In this document: piece by piece, positions 31,919 through 42,479 of the stretch
How positions within the stretch are numbered: position 1 is the first letter of the stretch
Layout of the letters: every line of letters begins with the position of its first letter
Assembly (NCBI GenBank): GCA_963835065.1
Contig: CAWIEK010000044.1
Span: forward strand, 160,001-224,000
Reading direction: 5' to 3'
Origin: an uncultured Chthonomonadaceae bacterium
GTDB taxonomy: Bacteria; Armatimonadota; Chthonomonadetes; Chthonomonadales; Chthonomonadaceae
Length of the DNA stretch: 64,000 nt
The notes under the pieces: model-generated
Seen by the model: the letters and a program-made list of their open reading frames with translations, nothing else
What the model was told of the DNA's origin: nothing
The model's database searches: none
Made by a program: the position numbers and the translations under genes

Positions 31919-32302
31919 ATGACCGACAGTATCACCGCAACGCCCCACGCCCCGTCCCATGCCGCCGCTTTGGAAGCCATTGATACGCTGGACGATACGC
32001 TCAACCAGAAGGCGCGCATGAAGATCATGACCACCCTGCTGGCGCTTGGCGAGGCGGATTTCAAACTGCTCAAGGAAGAACTGGCGCTTTCCGACGGCAA
32101 CCTCAGCACGCATCTGGCCCTGCTGGAAGAGCGCGGCTATGTGGAAGCGCATAAAGAGTTCGTGCGCCGCAAGCCCCACTCGTCCTACAAGCCGACAGAA
32201 GCCGGACGCGCGGCCTTTCAGCGTTACATAGATGCCCTGATGCGGATTGTGCGCGCGGCAGGCACAGTAGAATCCTCCACAGCAAAGGAAATCACAGAAT
32301 GA
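31919..32302 (+). CDS. winged-helix transcriptional regulator (HTH_34/ArsR-like)
   Basis: RMKIMTTL...DFKLLKEELALSDGNLSTHL...GRAAFQRY. Confidence 0.88.
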   Translation: MTDSITATPHAPSHAAALEAIDTLDDTLNQKARMKIMTTLLALGEADFKLLKEELALSDGNLSTHLALLEERGYVEAHKEFVRRKPHSSYKPTEAGRAAFQRYIDALMRIVRAAGTVESSTAKEITE

Positions 32303-32556
32303 ACCAACGATATACGCCCTTGCAATCCTGGGAGCGCGCGGCTCTCGACTTTTATGCGCGGCAGAACCATTTTCCGACGCCTTTGGAAAGCGCGTTCTGG
32401 CATACGTATGGCGCGCTGCTGCGCGGCGCGCTTGCTATTGAGGATTGCGCGCGGCTGTCATTTTTAAGCGTTGCGCCGGGACGAAGTTGCCATACGGTGT
32501 CCGCCATTCCCGCCGTAAAGATTGAAAACCGGCTGTACAGCCTCTTTGCAGAGTAA
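32299..32556 (+). CDS. hypothetical protein
   Basis: ATGA overlap with the regulator stop codon. Confidence 0.5.
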   Translation: MNQRYTPLQSWERAALDFYARQNHFPTPLESAFWHTYGALLRGALAIEDCARLSFLSVAPGRSCHTVSAIPAVKIENRLYSLFAE

Positions 32557-32619
32557 AGGCTTTGAGGTCAAACGCAACCCTATTGTCGCAAATCGGTTGC
32601 CTTTGTTATGGGCAGAACC

Positions 32620-32659
32620 AAAAGGCGGGCATGAGACATCAATCTCATGCCCGCCTTTT
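32620..32659. terminator. bidirectional intrinsic terminator
   Basis: AAAAGGCGGGCATGAGA-loop-TCTCATGCCCGCCTTTT between convergent genes. Confidence 0.85.
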
Positions 32660-32689
32660 ATGCTGCTTTAGTTTACCAGCAATGAAGAG

Positions 32690-34117
32690 TTATCTGCCGC
32701 CGAGCAGATCGCGCAGGCGACGCAGGACTGCGCCATTGCCCGCTTTCTGGCGATTGCCGAAGTCTGGCATTCCTTCCGCCGGTTTGCCCTGCGTGAGATG
32801 TTCCGCGTCCACCGTGTAGCCGATAAAGGCAATGCACATTTCGTCCGTCGTTTGCTCGCCCCAATGCACCAGTTGTGGCGGGCTGTTGGGATTGCGCGGA
32901 TTGCCCGTCGAGTTGTCGTAATGCGCCAGCAGGCTGACTTGGGAGCCTTTCGGCAGTGCAATCGGCTGCTTGAACTGATACGTCGTTTGCCAGTTGAAAT
33001 CCCAATCCGGCACGTTGACCAGCGTTTGCTTTGCGCCGTCCGGCAAGGTGGCGCGTACTTCCATGGAGCGGCCAACAAGGTGCATGTGCGGCATGACATC
33101 CAGAACGGTAATATCCTGTGGGATGTTGCGCTCCTTGCTGAGGGTATAATTGGCGTCGCCCGGCGGAATGAACAACCTCGCGTTGATAAGCGGCAGGACG
33201 CGCAGGCGCTTATCTACGGGCTTTTTGCAGAAATACAGGCCGATGCGCGTTTTGTCCTGCTCCGGCTTGCCGTCCCTGTGGTAGTGGACTTGCAGCACAA
33301 TGTCCGCGCCCTTTGGCAGCAGGGTTCCCACGCCATCGGGCAGGCGGTGCGGCATGTTGCCCGGCGCCCAACCGCCAAGCGACCCGGCGGGGAGGATGCC
33401 GATGCCGCCATGCGAGGTGTAGCCGGGGCCAGGGTCCTGGGCGTCAAGTTCGCGCGCTTTGCCGCTGGTGTCCAGATATGCGATCACGTGATGCACGATC
33501 TTGCTGTTGCCGGGACGCACTTCGATAGCGGACACATAGCGGTCTTCGCTGTAATTGGTGGGAAGCACGTAGCAGCGGTACACATCGCTGCCTTCCGCTC
33601 CAAGGGTATACGCTTCCTCCGGCTCCCGAATAAGATCGGGCTGTCCGAGAGTCCAGCCTGCCGTAAACTTCGGCGGCGCGGGCGCTTGCGCCAGATTGCC
33701 CGATTTCGCGCCCTCGTCCGCCCATTGCGTCAAAAGCCCGATCTGTTCGAGTGTTAGATGCCGCGCATCGTAAAAGGCGGCGGGCGCGGGTTCGCTGGCT
33801 TTCCAGGGCGGCATGTAATGCGACTGCGTCACCGTGGCAATCTGTTTGGCGCGCTTTTTCACGTCCTCGTAGGTGAGCAGCGAGAACGGGGCCACTTCGC
33901 CGGGGCGATGGCAGCTCGCGCAATTGGCGTTAATCAGGGGCGCGATGTCATGCGCAAACGTGAGCGCGCCTTTGGGACGGGGCACATACGCCGCTTCTTT
34001 CGGCGCGTCCGGGCTGATTCCCGCGCGAGCGGCAGGAACGCTATGCCTCCACAATCCGCCCGCCAGTCCGGCCAGGCTCAAAAGCGTCAACAGCAGCGCA
34101 GGTTTGTTCAGGGACAT
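32690..34117 (-). CDS. copper type II ascorbate-dependent monooxygenase-like protein with N-terminal CxxCH
   Basis: CASCH; VHHV, QVHY, PHMH and DEMC motifs; signal peptide. Confidence 0.8.
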   Translation of the reverse strand: MSLNKPALLLTLLSLAGLAGGLWRHSVPAARAGISPDAPKEAAYVPRPKGALTFAHDIAPLINANCASCHRPGEVAPFSLLTYEDVKKRAKQIATVTQSHYMPPWKASEPAPAAFYDARHLTLEQIGLLTQWADEGAKSGNLAQAPAPPKFTAGWTLGQPDLIREPEEAYTLGAEGSDVYRCYVLPTNYSEDRYVSAIEVRPGNSKIVHHVIAYLDTSGKARELDAQDPGPGYTSHGGIGILPAGSLGGWAPGNMPHRLPDGVGTLLPKGADIVLQVHYHRDGKPEQDKTRIGLYFCKKPVDKRLRVLPLINARLFIPPGDANYTLSKERNIPQDITVLDVMPHMHLVGRSMEVRATLPDGAKQTLVNVPDWDFNWQTTYQFKQPIALPKGSQVSLLAHYDNSTGNPRNPNSPPQLVHWGEQTTDEMCIAFIGYTVDAEHLTQGKPAEGMPDFGNRQKAGNGAVLRRLRDLLGGR

Positions 34118-34202
34118 GGGAAACTCCGAGTAAGGGAACAGGGAACAGAAAGACAGAAGGAGCGGATGTCCTATCAACTATCAACTAAAGATACCTTACC
34201 CC

Positions 34203-34841
34203 TTACTTCATCGGTGGCAGGAAACAGCCGATAGCGCGCCCGGCAGCCGGTGGCGCGGGCTTGCCGAGCGCAATGGCGTCAAGGGCGGCGCGCAGGTCAT
34301 GGGTGGTCGGCTGCGCGCGGGCTTTGCCGAAGTCTACGTAGCGGTCATCAATGCGGCCCCGGTACAGCACTTTGCCGCCCGCGCCGACAATCGCGGCTTC
34401 CGGCGTCACGGTTGCGCCTGTGTATTTTGCAAGCGCCTGCGCGTGATCCAGCAAGGCCGGGAAGGTATAGCCATAATCGCGGGCGTGTTGTTTTGCCGCC
34501 TTCAGGGTCAGCGCGGGGTCTACGTACACGAGGTAAAATGCGAATTTCGGGCCGGCATACGCTTTTTGAATACGCTGAATTTCGGGGGCGTAGCTGTTGG
34601 CAATCGGGCAGTCGTTGGTGATGAACAGCAGCACGGCAGCGCGGTTGCTGGTGGCGGCAAGGGGCGTTTGGTCACGCCCTTCCAGATCGCGCGCATGAAT
34701 CGCCTGCGGCACGACGCGGTTCACTTTCGACGTGGGTGCGCTCTTGTCCCGTTCGCCACTGCAAGGCAGCGCCAAACTGCAAATCAGCAACCCACACACG
34801 CCATTTAGCGCTATTTTGCTGCCGTTTCCAGGCAATGCCAT
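34203..34841 (-). CDS. redoxin (AhpC/TSA-like) protein
   Basis: DCPIANSY, ATVTPEA, YRGRIDD, AIGC. Confidence 0.85.
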   Translation of the reverse strand: MALPGNGSKIALNGVCGLLICSLALPCSGERDKSAPTSKVNRVVPQAIHARDLEGRDQTPLAATSNRAAVLLFITNDCPIANSYAPEIQRIQKAYAGPKFAFYLVYVDPALTLKAAKQHARDYGYTFPALLDHAQALAKYTGATVTPEAAIVGAGGKVLYRGRIDDRYVDFGKARAQPTTHDLRAALDAIALGKPAPPAAGRAIGCFLPPMK

Positions 34842-34944
34842 CTTTCTCTCCACGCCCACTATCGGGGTACATTTCAAATTCGGTGTGTCGCGCGTGGCCG
34901 GGGATTTTCCATCCCCGGCCACCGTAAATTGCTTGGAATATGAG

Positions 34945-35496
34945 TTACGCGAACAGGTCAAGGCCGTCGAGTTCGTCGTCGTCTTCCGTTTTCGCGCCGG
35001 CAGTGGTGACGGTTCCATTGCCGGGAGGCGTCGCGGCTCCGGTTTTGGGCGCAGTGGTCGCGGGCGGCGTGACGACCGGCGTTCCGGGCGTGGCGGCTGT
35101 GCCGGTTCCGGTTTTCATGGCGCGGCGCTGCGCAATCAACTGCTTGAGTTGCTTTTTCTGAGCCGGCATCAGGATGGCGATGACCTGCTTGCGCGTTGCT
35201 TTGCTGAGCGCTTTCTCCTGCGTTTTCTTGTCTGCGGCAGACAGCGAGGCGTTCTGCATGATGCTCATGCGCTGCTGCTGTGCGCCCGCCGCGATAGTCG
35301 CAACCTGTTTCTTCTGATCGGGCGTGAGGTTCAATTGTGACAGCAGTTGCGCGAACTCGCCCTGCTTCTTTGTGGCTGTCTGACGTGCCGCTTTGCGCCG
35401 CCCCTGCGCGCCTGCATCCTGCGGGTGCATTGTGACAGCGCCCGTCAAAATTAATCCACACACCGCCGCCGCGAAACCGATTTTCGTCGTCTTCAT
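34945..35496 (-). CDS. Spy/CpxP-like exported helical protein
   Basis: Signal peptide; LNLTPDQK and ILMPAQK (LTxxQ-like) motifs. Confidence 0.65.
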   Translation of the reverse strand: MKTTKIGFAAAVCGLILTGAVTMHPQDAGAQGRRKAARQTATKKQGEFAQLLSQLNLTPDQKKQVATIAAGAQQQRMSIMQNASLSAADKKTQEKALSKATRKQVIAILMPAQKKQLKQLIAQRRAMKTGTGTAATPGTPVVTPPATTAPKTGAATPPGNGTVTTAGAKTEDDDELDGLDLFA

Positions 35497-35634
35497 TGTT
35501 ATTGCTCCTGGTCAAGTTGTTACGAAACACGCTGAAAGCGTTGTCGGTTTCTTGACGCAGGAACAAACCAATAGTTCACTTCGCCCGAATTTTGCGACCC
35601 CAAATTGTTGTTTTTATTTCGGCGGCGCAGGCTG

Positions 35635-36828
35635 TTACTTCTGGCCGCCCGGCTTTTTAGGATCGGCCTGCGGCTTGCTGCCATCGGCAGGTTTGTCCGC
35701 TGGTTTGTCCGCTGGCTTATCGGCAGGCTTATCCGCTGGTTTGTTTGCGCTGTCAGGCGCAGCCGCATCCCCGCCCTTGAGATGATTTGCCAGCCAGTCT
35801 ACGGCGCGGGCGCGGATGGCAGTGGGCACGTCATGGCCGCCGTTGTACCAGACGATTTCTTTGGGCTGCGGCGCGGCCACTTGCAGCAGTTTGGCGGCGG
35901 GCGGCACAACCACCACATCTGTCAGCCCGTTGAACATGATGATGGGCTTGCCGCTGATGTGGCCGATGTACAGACTGGGGCAGACCTGCAAAATAGCCTG
36001 CCGGGTTTTATCATCGGGCGTGGCGTGGGCAATCGGCAGAAACGGGTCGCCGCCCACGCACAGCGCAAACGCGCTGATCCGGTCATCTACCGCGCCTAAA
36101 ATGGAACCCGTAATGGAACCCATGCTGTAACCGAGCAGGCCGATATGCTGCATATCCACGTCGGTACGGGTGGCAAGATAGTCTAAGGCACGGCGATAAT
36201 TGCGCCCGCCCTCATGCACGGCAACGGTAATCACCTGTTCCGTCCAGTATTTCTTGTTAGGCGATTGGCCCTGCCCATGTTCCGGCGCGTCAAGCGCGAG
36301 AATTGCGATGCCTTTGGCGAGCAGCGCCTCCCCGAACATCTTAATGGCAATCTCTTTGTTGTTGGTCAGGCCGTGCGGCAGAAGGGCGCAGGGATACGTT
36401 CCGTCGGCTTTGGGACGCATAAACGTGCCGACAACCGGCTTGCCGCCCGGCCCGGTAAACGTCAATTTGATGAGCAGCGCGTCGGCCTTGTAAAACGTTT
36501 CTTCCTTTACATCGGGCGCGCTGGCGTCATAATCGTAGGCGGCGCGCAGGGGTTCCCATCCCGGCGTAGCAAGCATTTTACTCGCCGCCGCTGTCGTGAC
36601 GCGAGCCGCTCTGCCCGCCGTCGCCGTGACCTTGCGCGCGGTTCTGCGCCCCGCATTGCCGGCTTTGGCCGCCACTTTATTAATAGTTTTGGCGACGGTG
36701 TTGGCGGCTTTCTTCGCCTGCGTTTGCGCCGATTGCCCGCCCGCCAAAGACACATTCATGCACAGCAAACCGGCACAGATTCTCATGCCGCTGACAAAAG
36801 ACCGTTTCATCGTGGTTTGTTCCTTCAT
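35635..36828 (-). CDS. secreted alpha/beta hydrolase with (KPAD)n tail
   Basis: GYSMG nucleophile elbow, GLTDVVV, GGH. Confidence 0.85.
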   Translation of the reverse strand: MKEQTTMKRSFVSGMRICAGLLCMNVSLAGGQSAQTQAKKAANTVAKTINKVAAKAGNAGRRTARKVTATAGRAARVTTAAASKMLATPGWEPLRAAYDYDASAPDVKEETFYKADALLIKLTFTGPGGKPVVGTFMRPKADGTYPCALLPHGLTNNKEIAIKMFGEALLAKGIAILALDAPEHGQGQSPNKKYWTEQVITVAVHEGGRNYRRALDYLATRTDVDMQHIGLLGYSMGSITGSILGAVDDRISAFALCVGGDPFLPIAHATPDDKTRQAILQVCPSLYIGHISGKPIIMFNGLTDVVVVPPAAKLLQVAAPQPKEIVWYNGGHDVPTAIRARAVDWLANHLKGGDAAAPDSANKPADKPADKPADKPADKPADGSKPQADPKKPGGQK

Positions 36829-37004
36829 GTCGGCGGAACTGCTGCCGATGGCGCGTTGTAGATTGGTATTCTTTATTACATGGTCGGCGGTAGAGAAAGA
36901 CTGTCACTGAAGCGCTTTTGTTCCTTTACATGCTTTTCTCATGCCTTTCTCGGCTGCGGTAGAGGCGGGCGGGAATGTTCAAATTCCTGTCTGCACAAAA
37001 CAAA

Positions 37005-37050
37005 TGTCCTGTGGACGCGCCTCCCTATAGAAGAGCGCGTCCACAGGACA
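37005..37050 (-). terminator. intrinsic terminator downstream of gyrA
   Basis: TGTCCTGTGGACGCGC / GCGCGTCCACAGGACA, followed by a T-rich tract on the minus strand. Confidence 0.8.
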
Positions 37051-37154
37051 CTTATATTTTCCTGCCGGGGATTGCAAAGCCCCGGTAACTCCTGTAGAAT
37101 GTTGAGTACATCTGTATTCAACATTCTACAGAATACAGCCGACTACAGTATCCG

Positions 37155-40100
37155 CTACTTCGCCTTCTTGCCGTTGCCCGAAGCGCCGTTGGAACCGTCT
37201 TTGCCATTGCCGTTGGCGCTGCCGTTGGTCGGCTCAATGAGGACGTTTTGGACGTCATTGCCCGTTTGCGCGGCGGCGTTGACTTCCTGCTCTACCTCAT
37301 CGGTATCCACGAGCCGCTCGATGGTGCAGACCGTGTCGCCCTCATCCAGATTGATGAGTTTGACGCCCTGTGTGCTGCGCCCCGCCGCGCGAATGGTTTC
37401 CACTTCCATGCGAATGGTGATGCCTTTTTGGGTCAGCACCATCAGTTTGTCCGTAGGTTCCACAACCACCGCGTCCACAATCGGGCCGGTCTTGGTCGTG
37501 ACATTCATGGTTGTCACGCCCTTGCCGCCGCGCGTTTGCGCCCGGTAGGAGGCCAGGTCGGTGCGCTTGCCGAAGCCGTTTTCGCTGGCGACAAGCAGTT
37601 GACTGGTCGCGCTGACCACATCCATGCCGACAACCAGATCAATCGGCTTCTTTGTTTTCGGGTCGCGCAGGTCAATGCCCCGAACCCCGCCCGCCTGACG
37701 GCTGCGCTCCGGCACGTCTTCTTCCTTGAAGCGGATGGACATGCCCTTTTGCGTCACAAGCATCACTTCCTGCTTGCCGTCCGTATGCCGCACCCATTTC
37801 AGGTTGTCGCCTTCTTCCAGATCGAAGCAGTTCAGGCCATTGGCGCGCAGGTTGGCGAAATCGCTCAGGCTGGTGCGCTTCACTTCGCCATACTCCGTCG
37901 CCATGAACAGGAAGCCTTCGCCCTGCATGTCCTTCATCGGCAGAATGGCCGTTACCTGGTCGCCGCCTTCCAACTGAATGAAGTTGTTGATGTGCTGCCC
38001 CCGCGCCTGTCGGCTGGTTTGCGGCACTTCGTAGGCTTTCAGGCGGTACACGCGCCCCCGGTTCGTGAAGAACAGTATGTAGTGGGTCGTGGTCGCCGTG
38101 AACAGATGCGCAAGGCTGTCTTCTTCCTTCAGGTTGGCAACCGCCACGCCACGCCCGCCCCGCTTTTGGGTTCGGTACGTGTCCATCGGGACGCGCTTGA
38201 TGTAGCCGTCACGGGAAATGGTGACAAGCGTTTTTTCTTCGGGAACCAAATCCTCTTCGGTGATCTCGTCCGCTTCGAGGGGCAGGATGCGCGTGCGGCG
38301 CTCGTCGCCGTACTTGTCGCGCAGCCCTTTGAGTTCGTCCTTGATGAGTTTGACCACGCGGGCGGGCGTGACGAGAATGTCTTCCAATCGCGCGATTTCT
38401 TTCAGCAGGCCCTTGTACTCTTCCTCAAGTTTCTGGCTTTCCAGCTGCGCGATCTGGCGCAATTGCATGTTCAGAATGGCTTCGGCCTGTATCTGCGTCA
38501 GTCCGAACCGCGCCACCATTTCGGTTCGCGCCACTTCGCTGTTGGACGCCCGCCGGATAAGGGCGATGATTTCGTCCAGGAAGTTGAGCGCGATCTGCAA
38601 GCCTTCGCGGATGTGCGCGGCCTGCTTTGCGCGCTGCAATTCGTAGCGCGTCCGCCGAACGATCACTTCCTTGCGGTGCGTGATGTGCAGATTGATCACT
38701 TGCGCCAGGTTCAGCATTTTGGGCTGGCCGTTGACAAGCGCGAGCATGATGATGCCGAACGTTTGGCGCAGGGCCGTATGCTTGAGCAGGTAGTTGACAA
38801 TGCGCTTGGGCAGCACGTCGCGGCGCAATTCAATGACCATCCGCATCCCGTGCTTGTCGGAAAAGTCGTTGACGTCTGTGATGCCGTCAATCTTCTTTTC
38901 TTTGGCAAGCATGGCGATGTTTTTAATCAACTGCGCCTTGTTGACCTGATACGGCAGTTCGGTGACGACAATCGCGTTCTTGCCGCCATCCATCGGCTCA
39001 ATCTGCAATTGCGCCTGCATAATGACGCGCCCGCGTCCCGTGCGGTACGCTTCCTTCGCGCCCTTCGTGCCTAAAATCAGGCCGGCAGTGGGGAAGTCGG
39101 GCGCGGGCACGAACTTCATCAGGTCTTCCGGCGTGGCGTCGGGATGATCCAGCATGTACAGGGTCGCGTCGGCCACTTCGCGCAGGTTATGCGGCGGCAT
39201 GCTCGTGGACATGCCCACCGCGATGCCTTCGCCGCCGTTGCACAGGAAGTTGGGGAATTTGCCCGGCACGACCATCGGCTCCCGCTTGGACTGATCGTAG
39301 TTGGGCATGAAGTCTACGGTGTCGCGCTCAATGTCTTCCAGCATCTCCACCGCAAGCGGCGTCATGCGGCACTCCGTGTATCGGTAGGCGGCCGGCGGAT
39401 CGCCATCCACAGAGTTGTGAACGAACACGCCGTCAGCAAGCAGAAAGTTGTGATGCTCGTCTACAGTAATGTCGTACACGTCCGCCACTTCTTGCAGCCA
39501 TTCGATACTGCGTATCCGGTGGTTATAGTTGTGCGCCGCGCTTACCACTTCATCAGCGTTGTCGAAGCGGTTGAAGTTATATTGCTGAACAGTCGAGTCG
39601 TGAAACGCAGGAGCGAGGCCATGCGCGGCGTTGTAAGCGTCAGCGATGTGGTGAACAAACTCGTACCGCCCCGTCGAAGGCTGTTTCACGCGCAGATATT
39701 CGTTCATTCCCGCTTTAACCGGAGCCGTATCGAAGTAACCCGGCATCAGGCTGTCGTGGGGCGTCAAAAACTGCGCTTCTTTGTACGAGCCATCGCGCAG
39801 CATGAAGCGGTGGTCGGGCGTACAGCGGATTTCCGCGCCGTTGTCCAGCGTCACTTTGACAAGACCGGCGGCCTGGCGCGTGATGCGCGAATTGCGGCCT
39901 TTGCCAACAACAATGTCGCCTTTGCTGTCAACCGAGTAGACGAAGAAGACTTCCTGTGGATCAAGCTGCGCCAGTTCCGCAAAACTTTTTTCGGTTCCGT
40001 CCAACAGTTTGATCTTGGTGTCGCCGGTGAAACAGCCCCAGTTTCCCTGCGGGTCAATGAGGGGATAGCGGAGGCTGAAATCCTGCGCCATGCGAACCAT

Positions 40101-40424
40101 CGTGCCGTAGATAGCGCTGTCGCCGTGCGGGTGATACGAGCCCATAGCGGTGCCGACGACCTGCGCGGACTTGACGCGGGCGCTTCCCGGTCCCAAACCT
40201 AAGTCGCGCATGGTAGTCAGGATGCGGCGCTGTACGGGCTTGAAGCCGTCGCGCACATCGGGCAGGGCGCGCGAAATCAGCGTGGAAACGGCGTAGCCCA
40301 GATACGAGCGGCGCAATTCCAGTTCGATGTCTATGAGCATCGAGCCGCCCGCGCCGTCGCTGCTGCCGTCGCCGGGGGCGCGGCCTGTGGTGGGCGGTTC
40401 GGGTGGAAGATTGGTATCTGCCAA
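37155..40424 (-). CDS. gyrA: DNA gyrase subunit A, intein-containing
   Basis: [29 protein letters not shown], GyrA-box QKRGGRG, C-terminal pinwheel repeats. Confidence 0.97.
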   Translation of the reverse strand: MADTNLPPEPPTTGRAPGDGSSDGAGGSMLIDIELELRRSYLGYAVSTLISRALPDVRDGFKPVQRRILTTMRDLGLGPGSARVKSAQVVGTAMGSYHPHGDSAIYGTMVRMAQDFSLRYPLIDPQGNWGCFTGDTKIKLLDGTEKSFAELAQLDPQEVFFVYSVDSKGDIVVGKGRNSRITRQAAGLVKVTLDNGAEIRCTPDHRFMLRDGSYKEAQFLTPHDSLMPGYFDTAPVKAGMNEYLRVKQPSTGRYEFVHHIADAYNAAHGLAPAFHDSTVQQYNFNRFDNADEVVSAAHNYNHRIRSIEWLQEVADVYDITVDEHHNFLLADGVFVHNSVDGDPPAAYRYTECRMTPLAVEMLEDIERDTVDFMPNYDQSKREPMVVPGKFPNFLCNGGEGIAVGMSTSMPPHNLREVADATLYMLDHPDATPEDLMKFVPAPDFPTAGLILGTKGAKEAYRTGRGRVIMQAQLQIEPMDGGKNAIVVTELPYQVNKAQLIKNIAMLAKEKKIDGITDVNDFSDKHGMRMVIELRRDVLPKRIVNYLLKHTALRQTFGIIMLALVNGQPKMLNLAQVINLHITHRKEVIVRRTRYELQRAKQAAHIREGLQIALNFLDEIIALIRRASNSEVARTEMVARFGLTQIQAEAILNMQLRQIAQLESQKLEEEYKGLLKEIARLEDILVTPARVVKLIKDELKGLRDKYGDERRTRILPLEADEITEEDLVPEEKTLVTISRDGYIKRVPMDTYRTQKRGGRGVAVANLKEEDSLAHLFTATTTHYILFFTNRGRVYRLKAYEVPQTSRQARGQHINNFIQLEGGDQVTAILPMKDMQGEGFLFMATEYGEVKRTSLSDFANLRANGLNCFDLEEGDNLKWVRHTDGKQEVMLVTQKGMSIRFKEEDVPERSRQAGGVRGIDLRDPKTKKPIDLVVGMDVVSATSQLLVASENGFGKRTDLASYRAQTRGGKGVTTMNVTTKTGPIVDAVVVEPTDKLMVLTQKGITIRMEVETIRAAGRSTQGVKLINLDEGDTVCTIERLVDTDEVEQEVNAAAQTGNDVQNVLIEPTNGSANGNGKDGSNGASGNGKKAK
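39414..40034 (-). mobile_element. 207-aa intein in GyrA
   Basis: Starts CFTGDT after QGNWG; block B CTPDHRF; ends [22 protein letters not shown], followed by Ser+1. Confidence 0.95.
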
Positions 40425-40562
40425 CGGTTTCTCCTAAAAATAAACGCGCGCAGGCCGCGAAAACCGCGCCGCCTGCCGGGTGAAGAACCATCCTCAAAAC
40501 CATAAGGAACGCTGCGAAAAAGGATGGCAAATGGGGTTGTTTTATCTCGCAATAACTGCTAT

Positions 40563-40591
40563 ATTGTACCATTTACGTACAATTTTGTCAA
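40563..40591 (-). promoter_or_regulatory. gyrA promoter
   Basis: Minus strand TTGACA-17 nt-TACAAT. Confidence 0.75.
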
Positions 40592-40775
40592 CGTCTGCAA
40601 GCCTTGAAATGAGATTGAAACCGATGTTTCAAGCCTTTCCTTGATGCTACTACGGGCAGGGTACCCGAAGTCGGAAACGAACGCGCAAACATCGTTCGGC
40701 GTGGCGCGTAATGGGAACAGAGCCGTTGGCGGAAACATCGGCAAAAGTGAAAAATACGTTGTGCAGGAGAAGTGA

Positions 40776-41285
40776 ATGACAAAGATTGTGCGGAAGACGG
40801 GCGAGGAAAGCGACTTGAAAATTGTCGTTCGCGCCCTTGCGCTCGGCGGGGTGGCGGGACTGCGGACAATGCTTGCGCCCGCGTTGTTCAGCAGCAAAAT
40901 GGCGCAAAAGAACCCGGACAGCGCGGCGGGCAAAATCGCCGAAGCGCTTGCCGAGCCGAAAGTCGCCATGACGCTGAAAGTATTGTCGGCGGGCGAACTG
41001 ATTGCGGACAAACTGCCCAAAACGCCGGATCGCATCGCGCCCCTGCCTCTGCTTGCCCGCGCCGTATCGGGGGCGCTTGTCGGCGGAGCCGTGTTCGGAA
41101 CCGCCAAGCGCCCCACATGGATCGGCGCGGCCTTGGGCGCGGCGGCAGCCATCGGCACGGCGTATGGCGGCTATCACCTGCGCAAAATGCTGGACAAGAA
41201 ACTGAACCTGCCCGATCCCGTCGTCGCGCTCGTGGAAGACGCCCTCGCGGTAAGTATTGGCGCGAGTGTACTGTCAGCAGAGTGA
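40776..41285 (+). CDS. DUF4126-like membrane protein
   Basis: GGVAGLRTMLAPA, GELIADKLPKTPDR, ALVEDALA. Confidence 0.75.
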   Translation: MTKIVRKTGEESDLKIVVRALALGGVAGLRTMLAPALFSSKMAQKNPDSAAGKIAEALAEPKVAMTLKVLSAGELIADKLPKTPDRIAPLPLLARAVSGALVGGAVFGTAKRPTWIGAALGAAAAIGTAYGGYHLRKMLDKKLNLPDPVVALVEDALAVSIGASVLSAE

Positions 41286-41309
41286 AGACAAAGAGAAAAC
41301 AAGGAGTTG

Positions 41310-41491
41310 GGAACCGCGAAACACACGAAATAAACGAAAAAGAAACGAAAGGCAAAGAGGAAAGCATAAATAATGCCTGGGAAGCGCCTTCCAAACGGTC
41401 TTCTTCTCTTTGCCCGCTTTGCCTCTTTGCGGTTTTTTTTGTTCGTTTTGTTTTTCCTTTTTTCGTCTTGGTTCGCGTGTTTCGCGGTTCC
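41310..41491. repeat. palindromic MITE-like element, same family as the inner element at 22322-22530
   Basis: GGAACCGCGAAACACACGAAATAAACGAAAAA ... TTTCGTCTTGGTTCGCGTGTTTCGCGGTTCC. Confidence 0.9.
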
Positions 41492-41504
41492 ATTTTGGAG
41501 CGGT

Positions 41505-42299
41505 ATGGATGAAGTACGGGTTGGCAGTTGGCAGGAATTGAACGAGCATTTGTACGCGGGAGCGTGGCAGGAAGAGATGCGGCGGTTTCGGTCGCCGTTC
41601 GCGTTTCGGGGTATGTCGCATGTAGAGCGCGACCTGACTTCGAGTTTGATACGGCTCGGCGTCAGCTATGAGAAGCAGGAAGGGCACATGCTGCGCAATT
41701 TTCGCAAGTACGCCCGGCCCGCCAACATGCCTTCGGACTCCATCTGGAACTGGCTGGCGCTCGGACAGCATCACGGCCTGCCGACGCGCCTGCTGGATTG
41801 GACGTACTCGCCGTTTGTCGCCATGCACTTCGCCACCGATGAACTTGTCAACGCGCAGGCCGACAGCGTGATCTGGCGCATTGACTTTGTGAGCGCGAAC
41901 CACCTGCTGCCGGACGGCCTGAAAGCCATTCTGGAGGAAGAAGGCGCGGACGTGTTCACGGCGGAAATGCTGGACAAGGCCGGGACAACGCTTGGCGAGT
42001 TCGATGGATTGGCGGAAGAGCCGTTTCTGGCGTTCTTTGAGCCGCCGTCTTTTGACGGGCGTATCGTCAATCAATTTTCGCTGTTTTCGCTGATGTCGTC
42101 GCCAACCGCCAACCTGACGGATTGGATCGGGGCGCACCCCGATTTGTGCGGCAAAATCATCCTTCCCGCCGAAGTGAAGTGGGAAGTGCGCGACAAATTG
42201 GATCAGGCCAACATCACGGAGCGGGTTTTGTTTCCGGGTTTGGACGGCCTGAGCCGATGGCTGAAACGCTATTACACGCCTATGGAGCGCCTGCCGTAG
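41505..42299 (+). CDS. FRG domain protein
   Basis: AFRGM, QHHGLPTRLLDWT, RIVNQFSLF, LFPGLDG. Confidence 0.9.
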   Translation: MDEVRVGSWQELNEHLYAGAWQEEMRRFRSPFAFRGMSHVERDLTSSLIRLGVSYEKQEGHMLRNFRKYARPANMPSDSIWNWLALGQHHGLPTRLLDWTYSPFVAMHFATDELVNAQADSVIWRIDFVSANHLLPDGLKAILEEEGADVFTAEMLDKAGTTLGEFDGLAEEPFLAFFEPPSFDGRIVNQFSLFSLMSSPTANLTDWIGAHPDLCGKIILPAEVKWEVRDKLDQANITERVLFPGLDGLSRWLKRYYTPMERLP

Positions 42300-42479
42300 A
42301 ACCCGTAGATATATCGGGAACTAACAACGGCTTTGGGCGTCCTGTCAGGCGTTGAGTGGAAAATGGAGGCAACAGGCTGCCCACTCACCATGCCATCGCA
42401 ACTTTTGCTCGTTCTGACGCGGAAGCGAAACGAGCGGATTGAAACAGAACGAGCTATTTTGGAACAGAAGGAAACGATC

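Noticed and set aside
35690..35745. 12-nt repeat at the end of the hydrolase gene
   Set aside because: Codon-degenerate (KPAD)n protein repeat, not part of the palindromic DNA element family.
37248..39074. 608-aa plus-strand ORF
   Set aside because: Antisense shadow of gyrA, expected with high-GC codon bias.
41505..42299. FRG protein as an anti-phage system
   Set aside because: Host-like composition and no defence-gene neighbours; nothing in the sequence supports it.
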